From positions 1 through 64,000 of the forward strand of contig JAQBUT010000002.1 in assembly GCA_027623195.1 (NCBI GenBank): a DNA stretch of 64,000 bases, given 5' to 3'. The stretch's first letter is position 1; every line of letters starts with the position of its first letter. This document shows positions 36,127 through 46,168 of this stretch, piece by piece. A program made the position numbers and the translations under genes. A model generated the notes under the pieces. That model worked only from the letters and a program-made list of their open reading frames with translations. It had not been told where the DNA came from and searched no databases. Source of the stretch: Chloroflexota bacterium. GTDB taxonomy: Bacteria > Chloroflexota > Dehalococcoidia > Lucifugimonadales > JADFKI01.

Positions 36127-36693
36127 TCAGGCAGTTTTGGCCTCTTCCCACACCGTGCTGCGCTTCATGGGGTCTTCGATGCCCCGCTGAAGCCCTCGGA
36201 CGTAGGCCATCTGTCCCCCGTGCTGGTTCATCTCCCCAATGATCTGCTGGTAAACGCTGGCCAGCGTAAAGCGGCCGCCGGCGGGACTATCCACCCAGGT
36301 GTCTTGGAGCTCCTGGTCGCTGAGGGTTTCAAGAAAACCCACGGCGTTGGCGCGAACTGCCTCTGCGTACTCCAGTAACGGGGTTAACGGCGGGACCTGA
36401 AATGCTGCCACTTGCTCCACGGAAAAGCCGAACCCCCTGTCCTGTGGGTTCGCCGGGGCACGGCCAAATTTCTCTGCCCAGCCGTTGGTGCTCCAGATCT
36501 CATCCGTTTGCTTCATGATCGTCTGCACCAGGAAGTCGTGTACTCGTGCGCAGTGCCAGGCTATGAAGCCAATGGACATGCTGTCAGGGCCGGGCCGATA
36601 TGCCAACTCCTCTGCGCTAAGGCCATTCAGTGTGTCTAGGTGGGAGCTGTGGTACTGGTGCATGGATTTTTCGATAAATTCTTTCAGCGCCAT
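36127..36693 (-). CDS. DinB family protein
   Basis: SIGFIAWH...D, NQHGGQMAY. Confidence 0.8.
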   Translation of the reverse strand: MALKEFIEKSMHQYHSSHLDTLNGLSAEELAYRPGPDSMSIGFIAWHCARVHDFLVQTIMKQTDEIWSTNGWAEKFGRAPANPQDRGFGFSVEQVAAFQVPPLTPLLEYAEAVRANAVGFLETLSDQELQDTWVDSPAGGRFTLASVYQQIIGEMNQHGGQMAYVRGLQRGIEDPMKRSTVWEEAKTA

Positions 36694-36860
36694 TTCATGT
36701 CTCCTGAGGGTGCCTGTTTGTCGGTCTGGACATTTTAGCCGGATGTCCAGAAAATTGGCATAGGTTACTTATTCCCACAGCCTGGACTGGAATCGACAGC
36801 CCTGAGGTGACATCCTATAATTCCAGCCTATTCAAGCAAATCGCAGGACGGAGACTCTAC

Positions 36861-37940
36861 ATGCATTACCAGCTCGAGCGCACTCACGGGTGCCGCATTT
36901 CCGACGCCTGGACCTATCGAGGCCTGAAGACAGCCGTCATCGAGAACGAGCTTTTGCGTATCGTGGTGCTGATAGACAAGGGCGCGGACATCTACTCCTT
37001 CGTCCATAAGCCCTCTGATACGGATTTCCTTTATCGTTCCGACTGGGGAGTGCGGGACCCGCGCAAGTTCGTCGCTCCGTCCGGCGATGGCGTGGGTGCC
37101 TGGATGGACACATACGAGGGAGGCTGGCAAACGGTTCTGCCCGGCGGAGGCTTTCCATCGCGGTACGGCGGCGCGGACATGGGCCTGCACGCCGAGGTCA
37201 ACAACGTTCCTTGGGACGCGGTCATCATCGAAGATACTTCGGAAAGGGTAAGCCTTCGGTGCTCTGTCCGGACCTTCAGGACGCCTTTCTTCTTCCAAAA
37301 GACGCTGACCCTCACGGCTGGCTCTCCGGTTCTGGAATTGGAGCAGGCGCTGGTAAATGAGGGCGAGGAGCCTGTTCACTGCGTCTGGGGCGAGCACATT
37401 GCCATCGGCACGCCCTTCCTGAGCGAGGACTGCGTAATCGATCTGCCTGGCGGCCACGTCATCAACGACCCCAACGACTTTCACCCCAACAACCGCATCA
37501 AGGCCGGTTGGGAAGGCCCCTGGCCCATGACGGAACTCAAGGACGGGACGCCCCACGACCTCAGCAAGGTCCCGCCAAAAAGCTTTCGGTCATACGACCA
37601 GTCGTACGTAACGGACATGCCGGAGGGCTGGTACGCCATCACTAACCAGCGACTGGGCCTTGGATTCGGAGTCGTCTACCCAACGGACGTTTACAAGTAC
37701 CTCTGGTATTGGCAGTCATTCGGCGGCGGTTATGGCTATCCCTGGTACGGTCGCAGCTACAACATTGGCCTGGAGCCCTTCACCAGCTACACCAACGAGG
37801 GACTTCAGAATGCTGTGAACAACGGCACCGCGCTCCTGGTCCAGCCCGGCCAGCGCGTGGAGACATCGCTAAAGGCTTTGGCGTATGAGGGCACAGGCGT
37901 GGAGCGCATTAACGCTGACGGGACGGTGGTGGTCAGGTAA
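36861..37940 (+). CDS. aldose 1-epimerase-like protein (DUF4432-like)
   Basis: ENELLRIVVL.DKGADI, GGWQ, LHAE, WGEH, GLEP; ATG after GGAG. Confidence 0.75.
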   Translation: MHYQLERTHGCRISDAWTYRGLKTAVIENELLRIVVLIDKGADIYSFVHKPSDTDFLYRSDWGVRDPRKFVAPSGDGVGAWMDTYEGGWQTVLPGGGFPSRYGGADMGLHAEVNNVPWDAVIIEDTSERVSLRCSVRTFRTPFFFQKTLTLTAGSPVLELEQALVNEGEEPVHCVWGEHIAIGTPFLSEDCVIDLPGGHVINDPNDFHPNNRIKAGWEGPWPMTELKDGTPHDLSKVPPKSFRSYDQSYVTDMPEGWYAITNQRLGLGFGVVYPTDVYKYLWYWQSFGGGYGYPWYGRSYNIGLEPFTSYTNEGLQNAVNNGTALLVQPGQRVETSLKALAYEGTGVERINADGTVVVR

Positions 37941-37944
37941 ATTC

Positions 37945-38484
37945 CTAGCCTTTAATCCCGAACAGCACTTCCTTGGTCCAGCCCCACGGGTGTAACTCGG
38001 CGAAGTGCAGAATATACTCCTGCCCCATTTTGGGGACGTACAGCAGCGCCAGCGCCAGTGCGATATGCCAGGGCTTCGTCGGTAGGTAGCGCGGTGCATG
38101 CCTGTCCGCAATGATGTAGTACAGGAAGAAGTTTTCGAACAAGTTCGGGAAGAAGAAGAACAGCTTCCGAATGTGGGTCATTTCGAAGGCTATCAGCCCC
38201 ACCAGTCTGAACACGAACAGGAATATGCTGGTGTTGCGAGCCATTAAGTTGCTCCAGCTGAGAGACACATAAAGCTCAAAGGTCAGGTAATACATGTCCA
38301 TCCACTTGTCGAATAGCTGGTATTGGTCGCCGAATCCGACCGTCTCACCAAACGCCGTCGCCAGGATGTCCACGATAACCACGTCCACCAGCATGGAGGC
38401 AATGGCCCCCGTTATGCGCCAACGGAGGATTGTCAGTGGCACCAGGAGCCGGATAAGTATTACGATAACTGCGGCAATGGTCAT
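37945..38484 (-). CDS. integral membrane protein
   Basis: several hydrophobic segments; YQ..DK..D.YY, FPN.FE. Confidence 0.75.
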   Translation of the reverse strand: MTIAAVIVILIRLLVPLTILRWRITGAIASMLVDVVIVDILATAFGETVGFGDQYQLFDKWMDMYYLTFELYVSLSWSNLMARNTSIFLFVFRLVGLIAFEMTHIRKLFFFFPNLFENFFLYYIIADRHAPRYLPTKPWHIALALALLYVPKMGQEYILHFAELHPWGWTKEVLFGIKG

Positions 38485-38609
38485 GGTTCACGGGCCTGGC
38501 TTATGGGCTTGTAATGACTTTCGAGCCTTTCCTGTCTATATAGCGTAAACCTGGATACCAGGAAACGCGAATCAGGCCTAAATGACAAGTTGCTTTACCA
38601 CAAAGCATC

Positions 38610-39059
38610 TTACGTCGTGGCAGACGCTGGCCGGGCCTTCAAATACGCCAGCTTTCTTGAGCGTATCGTCTCGCGGGCTGTCATAATGACTTCCCTAACG
38701 TCCACGGAATCTACAGCCGGGTCGAAGCGCGGGTGCAGTCGGGAGGCGAGGCCAACCCAGTAGCGGGAGCCGTCCTTGCTTCGTCCGAGAAACTCGCGGT
38801 CTATCAAGAAACGGCGAAGGTTGACGTAATCCAGGCGGCGTAGTGTGGGATGGATCTCCTTCAGCCAGCCTTTGAGCGCTTCGTTGACTTCGCTCTCGGT
38901 GTACTCGGCCTTCACGTCGAATATAAGCGACACGCCCTTGAGCAGGATGTTTTTGTCCGCCTGGCGTCTCGGCAGAGTTCTGAGGCCACTCTCCACGAAT
39001 AGCTGAGAGATTCGGCGGGTGAACTGTTCTCTCGTAATAAAGTTTTCCGACTCTGTCAC
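38610..39059 (-). CDS. DUF2087 family protein
   Basis: YTESEVNEAL, DYVNLRRFLID..FL.R..DGS.Y. Confidence 0.8.
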   Translation of the reverse strand: MTESENFITREQFTRRISQLFVESGLRTLPRRQADKNILLKGVSLIFDVKAEYTESEVNEALKGWLKEIHPTLRRLDYVNLRRFLIDREFLGRSKDGSRYWVGLASRLHPRFDPAVDSVDVREVIMTARETIRSRKLAYLKARPASATT

Positions 39060-39478
39060 TACTGAAGCCCCGTCCCGTACACATGGTCCGGCACGACCAC
39101 CACCACCGAACGCGCTTCGTCTTTCATTGCCCGGTCGTATATGGGCCAGTCTGGGTGTTCGCCTGCGATGGCGCGGTAAACCTCTCGCAGCGCCATTTTG
39201 AGCTTCTCCGGCTCTGTGTTGTCCTCAGACATTATCCTGGCGCTGCCCTCTAGGACCACGAATCCCCACCAACTGTCCTGCGACACCAAAAGAGAGCAAC
39301 GAGGGTCGCGCTTCAGGTTACGAAGCTTGGTCCGATCTTCAGTGGTGGTAAATGCCGCACCATCCTCGAAAGGGCCAACCACGATGACGCTAAGCTGGGC
39401 CATGCCGTTTTTGCGGAAGGTGCTTAATACCGCCTTGTGGTGTTCCCCGATGAACGCGCTTACCTGATCGCTGAGCAT
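39059..39478 (-). CDS. PPOX-class F420-dependent oxidoreductase
   Basis: AVLST.RKNG.AQLS, K.RNL.RDPR.SL, GEHPDW..Y..AM. Confidence 0.88.
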   Translation of the reverse strand: MLSDQVSAFIGEHHKAVLSTFRKNGMAQLSVIVVGPFEDGAAFTTTEDRTKLRNLKRDPRCSLLVSQDSWWGFVVLEGSARIMSEDNTEPEKLKMALREVYRAIAGEHPDWPIYDRAMKDEARSVVVVVPDHVYGTGLQ

Positions 39479-39543
39479 TACGCCCTCCTGTATTCTGATG
39501 CCTGGGAAAGACTTCGATGGGCCGTTGGCCTTAATGGCAATGC

Positions 39544-40008
39544 CTACAGGACGAAGTCGATCTCGTATAGGTGATAGTGGGAGTGGGACATGCCCAGGTC
39601 TGCGTACGTCTGTTGGGCGACGGTGTTGTCTCGCTCAACGTATAGCCGAATGCCGCAGATGTCGTCCCTGGAACTGGCAATGCCGTGAACGTGGTCGTGA
39701 AGGGCCCGGTAAACGCCTCGTCTGCGCCACTGGGAGTCCACGTAGACGCTCTGAATCCACCAGAAGGTGGCGTTACGCCAGTCGCTCCACTCGTATGTTA
39801 TCAGCAGGCTGCCGACCACCTGGCCATCGCTTTCGGCCACCAGGTAGAACCCTTTTTCTTTGTTCTGGAATACCTGTTGGATTCCGTTTCGTAAAAGGCC
39901 ATCATCCAGCGTCTTGCCTTCGGATTCCTGAGCCAGGCCCTGCTGAAATTCTGCTATTCGATTGATGTCAGAGGGGATGGCTTCCCGGATTCGAATTTCG
40001 TTGGTCAC
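39544..40008 (-). CDS. GNAT N-acetyltransferase
   Basis: EWSDWRN, QSVYV...RRRGVY, RLYVE..N..AQ.TY..LG. Confidence 0.9.
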   Translation of the reverse strand: MTNEIRIREAIPSDINRIAEFQQGLAQESEGKTLDDGLLRNGIQQVFQNKEKGFYLVAESDGQVVGSLLITYEWSDWRNATFWWIQSVYVDSQWRRRGVYRALHDHVHGIASSRDDICGIRLYVERDNTVAQQTYADLGMSHSHYHLYEIDFVL

Positions 40009-40085
40009 ATCAAATTTCCCGACGTAATCAAATTTGCGTCATGGTATCATGACGCGGCCTCGTCGGGCGAAAAAGAGGCCCTGAT

Positions 40086-41180
40086 ATGCGGGTGGAGGTG
40101 AAGGAACTGGACATTCTGGTTGTGGGCGCGGGACCCGCCGGGTTGGCTGCGGCCACTGCCGCCGCTCAGTCGGGTGCCGGCGTCGTGCTGGTGGACGGTG
40201 CTTCGTGGGCCGGCGGTCGTCTTGCCCTCCAGACGCAGCTACTTCAGGGTCCCAAGTCCATATATGCGGGTCTCAGCGGCGTCAATTTCTGTCGCATGCT
40301 CGTTGACCAGGCCTCCGAAGCTGGGGTAGACATCAGGCTGGGCACTCCGGTACTTACCGTAGGTCGAAATTCGGACGGCAGCTTCGTAGCGTCCATGACG
40401 GGGGAAGGCCCCTCGCTACGAGCGGGCGCGGTGGTTTTATCCACGGGTTCTAACGAACCACAGTACCGGTTTCCCGGGTCTGATCTGCCGGGCGTAATGC
40501 TTTCCGGGGACGCCCAGGTGATGTTGAATATCCACGGGAAGCTGGCTGGCAAGCGCATCGCTATGGTGGGCTCCGATAACGCAGGCCTGCTTATCTCGGC
40601 CAACCTTATGGATGCAGGTGCGGAAGTCGTAGCGGTTGTAGACGAAGCCTCTGAAATCGTAGGTCGGCATATTAATTGGGAACACTTGCGAGCAAGTGGC
40701 GTACAGTTTTTGGCCTCCACGAAGGTTTTAATGGCTGCCGGAGCGGGTAGATTAGAACTAGTGACAATGCGTGATGCTGCGTCCGAGGTTCGCAAATTGG
40801 CTGTCGACGTTATGTGTCTGGCAGGGCCGAGGATTCCCGATGTGGGGCTGGCCTCCCTGGTCGGAACTGCCGTTAGTGAGCAGGAAGCTCTAGGTGGCCT
40901 GGTTCCGGTGCACAGCAGGCGTATGGGGACCAACGTCCCAGGGCTTTACGTTTGTGGCGACGCCTCCGGTGTGGAGAACGGTGCCGCAGCCTTGGAGAGC
41001 GGTCGCATCGCAGGCCTGAGCGCGGCTCAAGACCTTGGCTACCAGAACTCGCTGGCAAAGGCCATGTTGACCAGGTCCAAGGGAAGACTAGCATACCTAC
41101 GCAGGGGGAGAGGCGGAGGCCTCAAACGCAATGCCAAAAATGCGTTGGCTGCTGAACACCGCAGCCTGACGCGAAATTAA
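40086..41180 (+). CDS. FAD/NAD(P)-dependent oxidoreductase (sarcosine oxidase alpha/HcnB-like)
   Basis: GAGPAG, GGRL, STG, FPG.DLPGV, PGLYVCGDA.G. Confidence 0.82.
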   Translation: MRVEVKELDILVVGAGPAGLAAATAAAQSGAGVVLVDGASWAGGRLALQTQLLQGPKSIYAGLSGVNFCRMLVDQASEAGVDIRLGTPVLTVGRNSDGSFVASMTGEGPSLRAGAVVLSTGSNEPQYRFPGSDLPGVMLSGDAQVMLNIHGKLAGKRIAMVGSDNAGLLISANLMDAGAEVVAVVDEASEIVGRHINWEHLRASGVQFLASTKVLMAAGAGRLELVTMRDAASEVRKLAVDVMCLAGPRIPDVGLASLVGTAVSEQEALGGLVPVHSRRMGTNVPGLYVCGDASGVENGAAALESGRIAGLSAAQDLGYQNSLAKAMLTRSKGRLAYLRRGRGGGLKRNAKNALAAEHRSLTRN

Positions 41181-41193
41181 TGAAGAGGAATTA

Positions 41194-41520
41194 ATGGAAA
41201 GCTTTGAGATTCTCGACGTAATAACCATGCAGAAGAGCCTGGGTGAGCAGTACCTGGAGTTCTTCAAGGGAGATAATCTCAGCGTTGGTATTTACTCAAT
41301 TCCGATTGGTGATGTGGACCCGCAAGAGCCCCACACTGAGGACGAGATCTACTATGTGGTTAGCGGGCATGGAAAGCTGAGGGTCGGTGATGTCGTTCGT
41401 AGCGTTAAACCCGGCTCAATCGTATTCGTGGGAACGGGTGTCGAGCATCAGTTTCACGACATAACGGAAAACCTCATGGTGATGGTTATATTCGCCCCGC
41501 CGCGAGGCTCCCGGGCGTAG
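41194..41520 (+). CDS. cupin domain protein
   Basis: QEPH.EDE.YYV, H.FHDI. Confidence 0.88.
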   Translation: MESFEILDVITMQKSLGEQYLEFFKGDNLSVGIYSIPIGDVDPQEPHTEDEIYYVVSGHGKLRVGDVVRSVKPGSIVFVGTGVEHQFHDITENLMVMVIFAPPRGSRA

Positions 41521-41564
41521 GCAATACGGCTTTACTTCCACCTCCAACCCATAAGGTTATGAAG

Positions 41565-41608
41565 AAAATAGCAGGCCCAGGATTTTATTATGCTGGGCCT
41601 GCTTTATT
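41565..41608. terminator. intrinsic terminator
   Basis: AGCAGGCCCAG/CTGGGCCTGCT 11-bp stem with A/T flanks. Confidence 0.7.
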
Positions 41609-41733
41609 ACGGACACCCCGCTAACGAATAGCCGCTGCGCCTGCTCTCTTTTTGAAATTTCCTTCTTCTTCGGAGAATACGTATAATACGTCACGTATTC
41701 GATGTCCCTGTTGTCTTAGAGGAGCCTGCGTAT

Positions 41734-42450
41734 ATGGCGATCAATAAGGTCGTTGCCTCTTTCGCAGAGGCAGTAGCCGACATCCCCGACGGCGCGACAC
41801 TGATGTTGGACGGGTTTGCCGGCCCCGGCGGGACCTCACAGCATCTAATCAGAGCACTGCGAGACCACGGCGCCAGGGACCTGACCATCATCAGCAATAC
41901 CGGTGGACTGGCCAGTGTGATTGGCTTTGGAACGCTTCCTGGTGATCGGCCGGTGGACATTGGCATTCTCGTGGATAACGGGCAGGTCAGGAAGCTCGTG
42001 GCATCTTTCCCAGTCTCGCCTTCGCCGTCTCGACCTACGTCCTACGAGCTTGCATATAAAGAGGGTAAGGTTGAGCTTGAGCTGGTGCCGCAGGGAACGC
42101 TAGCGGAGCGGATACGGGCTGGCGGGGCCGGTATTGCCGGCTTTTACACGCCCACCGGAGCAGGCACCCAACTTGCGGAAGGTAAAGAAACTCGGACCTT
42201 CGACGGCAAAGATCACGTGTTGGAGCTTCCCTTAAAGGCCGACTTCGCACTGTTGCGTGGTAACAAGGCAGACGTTATGGGCAACGTTGTCTACAGGGGC
42301 ACATCGCGGAATTTCAACGGTGTGATGGCTACCGCGGCCGCCGTAACCATTATGGAAGTAGACGAGGTGGTGGAGGTCGGCGAGTTGGACATGCACGATA
42401 TTCATACACCTGGAATTTATGTAAATCGTATTGTGGAAATAAATAGTTAG
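41734..42450 (+). CDS. 3-oxoacid CoA-transferase subunit A
   Basis: ADIPDGAT, PQGTLAERIRAGGAGI.GFYTPTG.GT, RNFN, HTPGIYV. Confidence 0.93.
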   Translation: MAINKVVASFAEAVADIPDGATLMLDGFAGPGGTSQHLIRALRDHGARDLTIISNTGGLASVIGFGTLPGDRPVDIGILVDNGQVRKLVASFPVSPSPSRPTSYELAYKEGKVELELVPQGTLAERIRAGGAGIAGFYTPTGAGTQLAEGKETRTFDGKDHVLELPLKADFALLRGNKADVMGNVVYRGTSRNFNGVMATAAAVTIMEVDEVVEVGELDMHDIHTPGIYVNRIVEINS

Positions 42451-42469
42451 ACTCGAAAGGAGTATTTAA

Positions 42470-43384
42470 ATGAAGCTGGTATTTTTCGATGATTTTACTT
42501 TGGGAGTCCTGAAAGGTGACTCCGTGGTGGATGTCTCTGACGCTGTTAAAGACATACCGTACACCTTCCCGCAGGACCTGCTAGCCGGACTGATAGCCAG
42601 ATGGGACGACAAAAAGGGCCCGCTTCAGGCGTTCGTGGACAAGGCCTCAGGTGTGCCAACATCTTCTGTCAGGCTAAGGTCCCCGGTGCCGAAGCCACAC
42701 AACATTGATTGCATGGCCGTCAACTACATGGAAAACGGCACCCGGGCTGAGCCTGCACCTAAGAATGGCTTCCACAAGTCCCCCAGCGCGGTGATCGGTG
42801 ACGGCGACACCATCGTGCTGCCGGACGTTGCGGCAAGCATATTTGAGCACGAGGCCGAGTTAGGGCTGGTCATTAGCAAGAGGGCGTCCAACGTCAAGGC
42901 TGCCGACGCTTACGATTACATCTTTGGCTACATGAACTTCATCGACGTTTCCGCCCGTGGTGTCCCGGCTTTCTATCAGATGAAATCCCGCGAGACATTT
43001 GCTCCTATGGGGCCCTGGTTGGTTACGGCCGACGAAATCGCCGATCCGCAAAAACTGCCGGTGAAGCTCTGGGTCAACGGCAAGCTGATGCAGGACTTCA
43101 ACACCGACGACATGGCCCACAAGATCCCTCAGGTGATCGAATGGATTTCGTCCTTACACACGCTGGAGGCAGGCGACGTGGTAGCCACCGGCACCAACCA
43201 CCGCGGCCTCAGCGCCCTTCACGACGGCGATAAGATGGAGATAGAGGTCCAGGGCCTGGGCAGACTCCACAATGACGTTCGCGACGACCTGAAGCGCACC
43301 TGGTCCCGGGAGACCAGGCTGGACATCATGAACAGGGGCGGAGAGGGTACCACGCCTCAGCTTACCGGCAAGTACGCCAAGTAA
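42470..43384 (+). CDS. fumarylacetoacetate hydrolase family protein
   Basis: AVNY, EHEAELG, DVSAR, K..ETF.PMGP, GDVVATGT. Confidence 0.92.
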   Translation: MKLVFFDDFTLGVLKGDSVVDVSDAVKDIPYTFPQDLLAGLIARWDDKKGPLQAFVDKASGVPTSSVRLRSPVPKPHNIDCMAVNYMENGTRAEPAPKNGFHKSPSAVIGDGDTIVLPDVAASIFEHEAELGLVISKRASNVKAADAYDYIFGYMNFIDVSARGVPAFYQMKSRETFAPMGPWLVTADEIADPQKLPVKLWVNGKLMQDFNTDDMAHKIPQVIEWISSLHTLEAGDVVATGTNHRGLSALHDGDKMEIEVQGLGRLHNDVRDDLKRTWSRETRLDIMNRGGEGTTPQLTGKYAK

Positions 43385-43474
43385 TCGAAATTCGTTAAGA
43401 ACCTGGCTGCAGGGCTTCGCCTGGCTATGGAGCCCTGCGGCCTATCTGGACACTGAAACCGGAGCAACGTCCAA

Positions 43475-44143
43475 ATGGAAGAAAAGCTACGCCTGGATAG
43501 GGAGATCATCGCCATGCGGGTGGCCCGCGAGTTTCAGGATGGCGACGTGGTCAACCTGGGCATTGGCATACCTTCGCTATGTTCGCAGTTCGTGCCGGAA
43601 GGTAGAGAGGTGCTCTACCATAGCGAGAGCGGCGTTTTGAACTTCGGCCCCATGGCTGAGCCCGGTGAAGAGGACGCGGACCTGACCAACGCCAGTGGGC
43701 AGTTTCTAGCCTGGTATCCCGGCATGTCCTTCTTTCACTCTGCTGATGCCTTCGCCATGATTCGCGGCGGCCACATCGACGTGACTGTATTAGGCGCGCT
43801 GCAGGTGTCCGAGACCGGAGACCTGGCAAACTGGATGCTACCGGAACGGGGCATTGGAAACGTAGGCGGGGCTATGGATTTGGCTGCTGGAGCCAGGCGC
43901 GTCATTGTCGCCATGGAGCATTCCGACAGGAGCGGCGCATCCAAGATAGTGAAGAATTGCGATTACCCTCTAACGGGCAAAGGCTGCGTTGACACTATCG
44001 TAACCGACATCGCAGTCATAGAGGTCACGAGCGACGGCCTTTTGCTGAAAGAGGTGGCCCCTGGCTGGTCTGCTGAAGACGTGCAGGCGCTCACCGACGC
44101 CCGCCTAATCATCTCTCCTACGCTGCAGGACATCCAGCTCTAG
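43475..44143 (+). CDS. 3-oxoacid CoA-transferase subunit B
   Basis: VNLGIGIP, SESG (catalytic Glu), MIRGGHID, GDLANW, GGAMDL. Confidence 0.93.
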   Translation: MEEKLRLDREIIAMRVAREFQDGDVVNLGIGIPSLCSQFVPEGREVLYHSESGVLNFGPMAEPGEEDADLTNASGQFLAWYPGMSFFHSADAFAMIRGGHIDVTVLGALQVSETGDLANWMLPERGIGNVGGAMDLAAGARRVIVAMEHSDRSGASKIVKNCDYPLTGKGCVDTIVTDIAVIEVTSDGLLLKEVAPGWSAEDVQALTDARLIISPTLQDIQL

Positions 44144-44264
44144 CATCTGATGCCAGTGACTAACGTGAATCCTAAGTGCATAATAATTGCCAATATACGA
44201 AACAATTTTCTTGATTTTGAGTTCCGGTGTCACCACGCCAATGGCGAATTAGAAAGGCCGTTAT

Positions 44265-44758
44265 TTGGCGGACGATGCCAGGGGGCTTGATGCGCAACCA
44301 ACCGATGACACCGGAGAAGTAAACTTCAATGAAGTCTCGGAGCTGACGGCATCCTCAGTCACCAAGACTCCAGCCTCCGGCGAAAGGGCCAGTTGGCGAC
44401 AGACCTTTAGCTCCCTCTCCAGCCCATCGTTCCTATTTTTCTGGTTAGGAATGCTTGGCATCATGGCCGGTATGCAGATGCAAATGCTGGCCCGTAGCTA
44501 CCTCACCTACGACCTCACTGGCTCGGCCACGCTGACAGGGGTTGTCGGAGCGGCCAATGCCTTGCCCATGCTATTCCTGTCGCTTTTCGGCGGAGCCATC
44601 GCGGATAGATTCGACCGGAAAGGCATCGTTCAGGTCGGTCAATTCCTTTTCGCCGTACTGTCGCTGGTCATCGGACTTGTGATCTTGTCCGGCGACATTA
44701 CCTGGCAGTACCTCATGGTGGGCGCCATTATCCAGGGGGCTGTCTTCTCCTTCATGAT
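44265..44758 (+). pseudogene. MFS transporter, N-terminal fragment only
   Basis: FFWLGM, GGAIADRFDRK motif A; MFS-like sequence stops after GAVFSFM and the frame then reads the antisense of the next gene. Confidence 0.8.
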
Positions 44759-45391
44759 ATCCGGTCCAATGGCGTCGACCACAGAGTCGCCCGTGCCCTG
44801 GCCGATACTCACTGCCAACTCTGCGACGTCACCTGCATGGGCTGGCTGCACCCGGTACTGGCCTGTTCCGAATATGGGGAAGATTCGAAAGTTTCGCAGC
44901 GACCAGGCGATATTGTTCAGCAGGATATCCTCTTTGCCGAATATTAACGCTGGCCTGACGATGCCATAGGAAAGCCCGGAGTTCATGACGGCCTGCTCTT
45001 GCAAGGCTTTGCCTTTGAAGTACGGCAGAGGAGAGTCTAGTGAGGGGTTGGTTACGCTGATCTGCACTATCCGTCGAATGCCCGCGGCTCTGGCGGCCTT
45101 GACCAGCGTTCTCGTGTTCCTGACGGCGGTGGCGTGACTTACCTGGCCTTTTGCGAATCGCACCCAGTAGGTGTTGTAGAGGACTGATGCGCCCTCCAGG
45201 CTCTTGGCCAAGCGGGCGGGATCGTCGAAGTCGTAGGGCATTGCCTGGACCTGCCCCTGGAACGGGTCATCCCTTTTCGGATGACCCGTCAGCGTCTTCA
45301 CGGGAACGCCGCGTCTCAAGAGTTCATTGGCTATGTATTTGCCGGTGTAGCTGAAGGCGCCGGTTACAATGCTGAAATCGTCAGATGGCAT
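44756..45391 (-). pseudogene. atypical SDR (NDUFA9-like NAD(P)-binding protein), C-terminally truncated
   Basis: VTGAFSYTG, YFKGK, RPALIFG.ED, QP.H..D, DAIGPD; thereafter reads the MFS antisense. Confidence 0.78.
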
Positions 45392-45421
45392 AGCCTTCCT
45401 AATACCCTGGCGGAGGAGCCA

Positions 45422-46048
45422 CTACGCCCACGGTACCTCGGTTGGGGGCGGCCTCTTCGCGTCACGAAGTAGTTCCACTAACTCCCCTAGCAAGGCCGCT
45501 GTTGAGAGCTCCCACCAGTCCCGTCGATTGCGTTTCATGGTCCAATTGAAGACCTTCATGGACCAGGGGCGCTGAGCGTCCCCTTCGTCAAGAGGGAAGA
45601 ACAGACGGGGCGAGCGGAGACAGTCTACCATGACGGAAACTTCCGGTCGCTCGAACTCCATGTTTTGAGACCACCCAAGGACGAACCAGTCTCGAATCCT
45701 ATCCATCATCATAAGTTCTTTCACCATGGCCATGTCTATGATGCCCAGGCGGTACGCCCAGGAAACGGCCTCGGTGTTCGACGTCTTGTGGAACTTTCGA
45801 TAGCCCTGAATCTTGACAGTGGTTATCTCCAGCAGTTCCTTGACGTGCTCTTCCAGAAGAACGCCTGCGTTGACGACTGCCGACCGGGGGTCTGCAGTCA
45901 TGAGCTCCCGCATGTGTGGAGCGATACGTCTCTCTTCAACCCAGAGGTGGAACTGCGGCAGGTCGTCCTGGAATCGCCGAATTGGATCGTCTTCAACCAC
46001 TTGCAGAGGCTGATTGCGGTTCACGAGCGAGGTTATAGGTGAGATCAT
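45422..46048 (-). CDS. MtlR-like/HEPN-fold protein with degenerate motif
   Basis: PRSAVV.AG.LLE, AY.LGII, EL....RIR; ATG after AAGGAG. Confidence 0.55.
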   Translation of the reverse strand: MISPITSLVNRNQPLQVVEDDPIRRFQDDLPQFHLWVEERRIAPHMRELMTADPRSAVVNAGVLLEEHVKELLEITTVKIQGYRKFHKTSNTEAVSWAYRLGIIDMAMVKELMMMDRIRDWFVLGWSQNMEFERPEVSVMVDCLRSPRLFFPLDEGDAQRPWSMKVFNWTMKRNRRDWWELSTAALLGELVELLRDAKRPPPTEVPWA

Positions 46049-46168
46049 CTTTTGCTCCTTTGCAGGGGATTTCAAACAGCTTAATTGCTGCACCGAATGC
46101 AAATGGTTGGGACGGAGGGTGAAAGAGGGTTGTCTACCGCATGGTGATATCCGGCCGCCAGATGATTG

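Noticed and set aside
44639..44969. Genuine 330-nt convergent overlap of two genes
   Set aside because: Both proteins lose family character at the same point; better explained by a junction at about 44757
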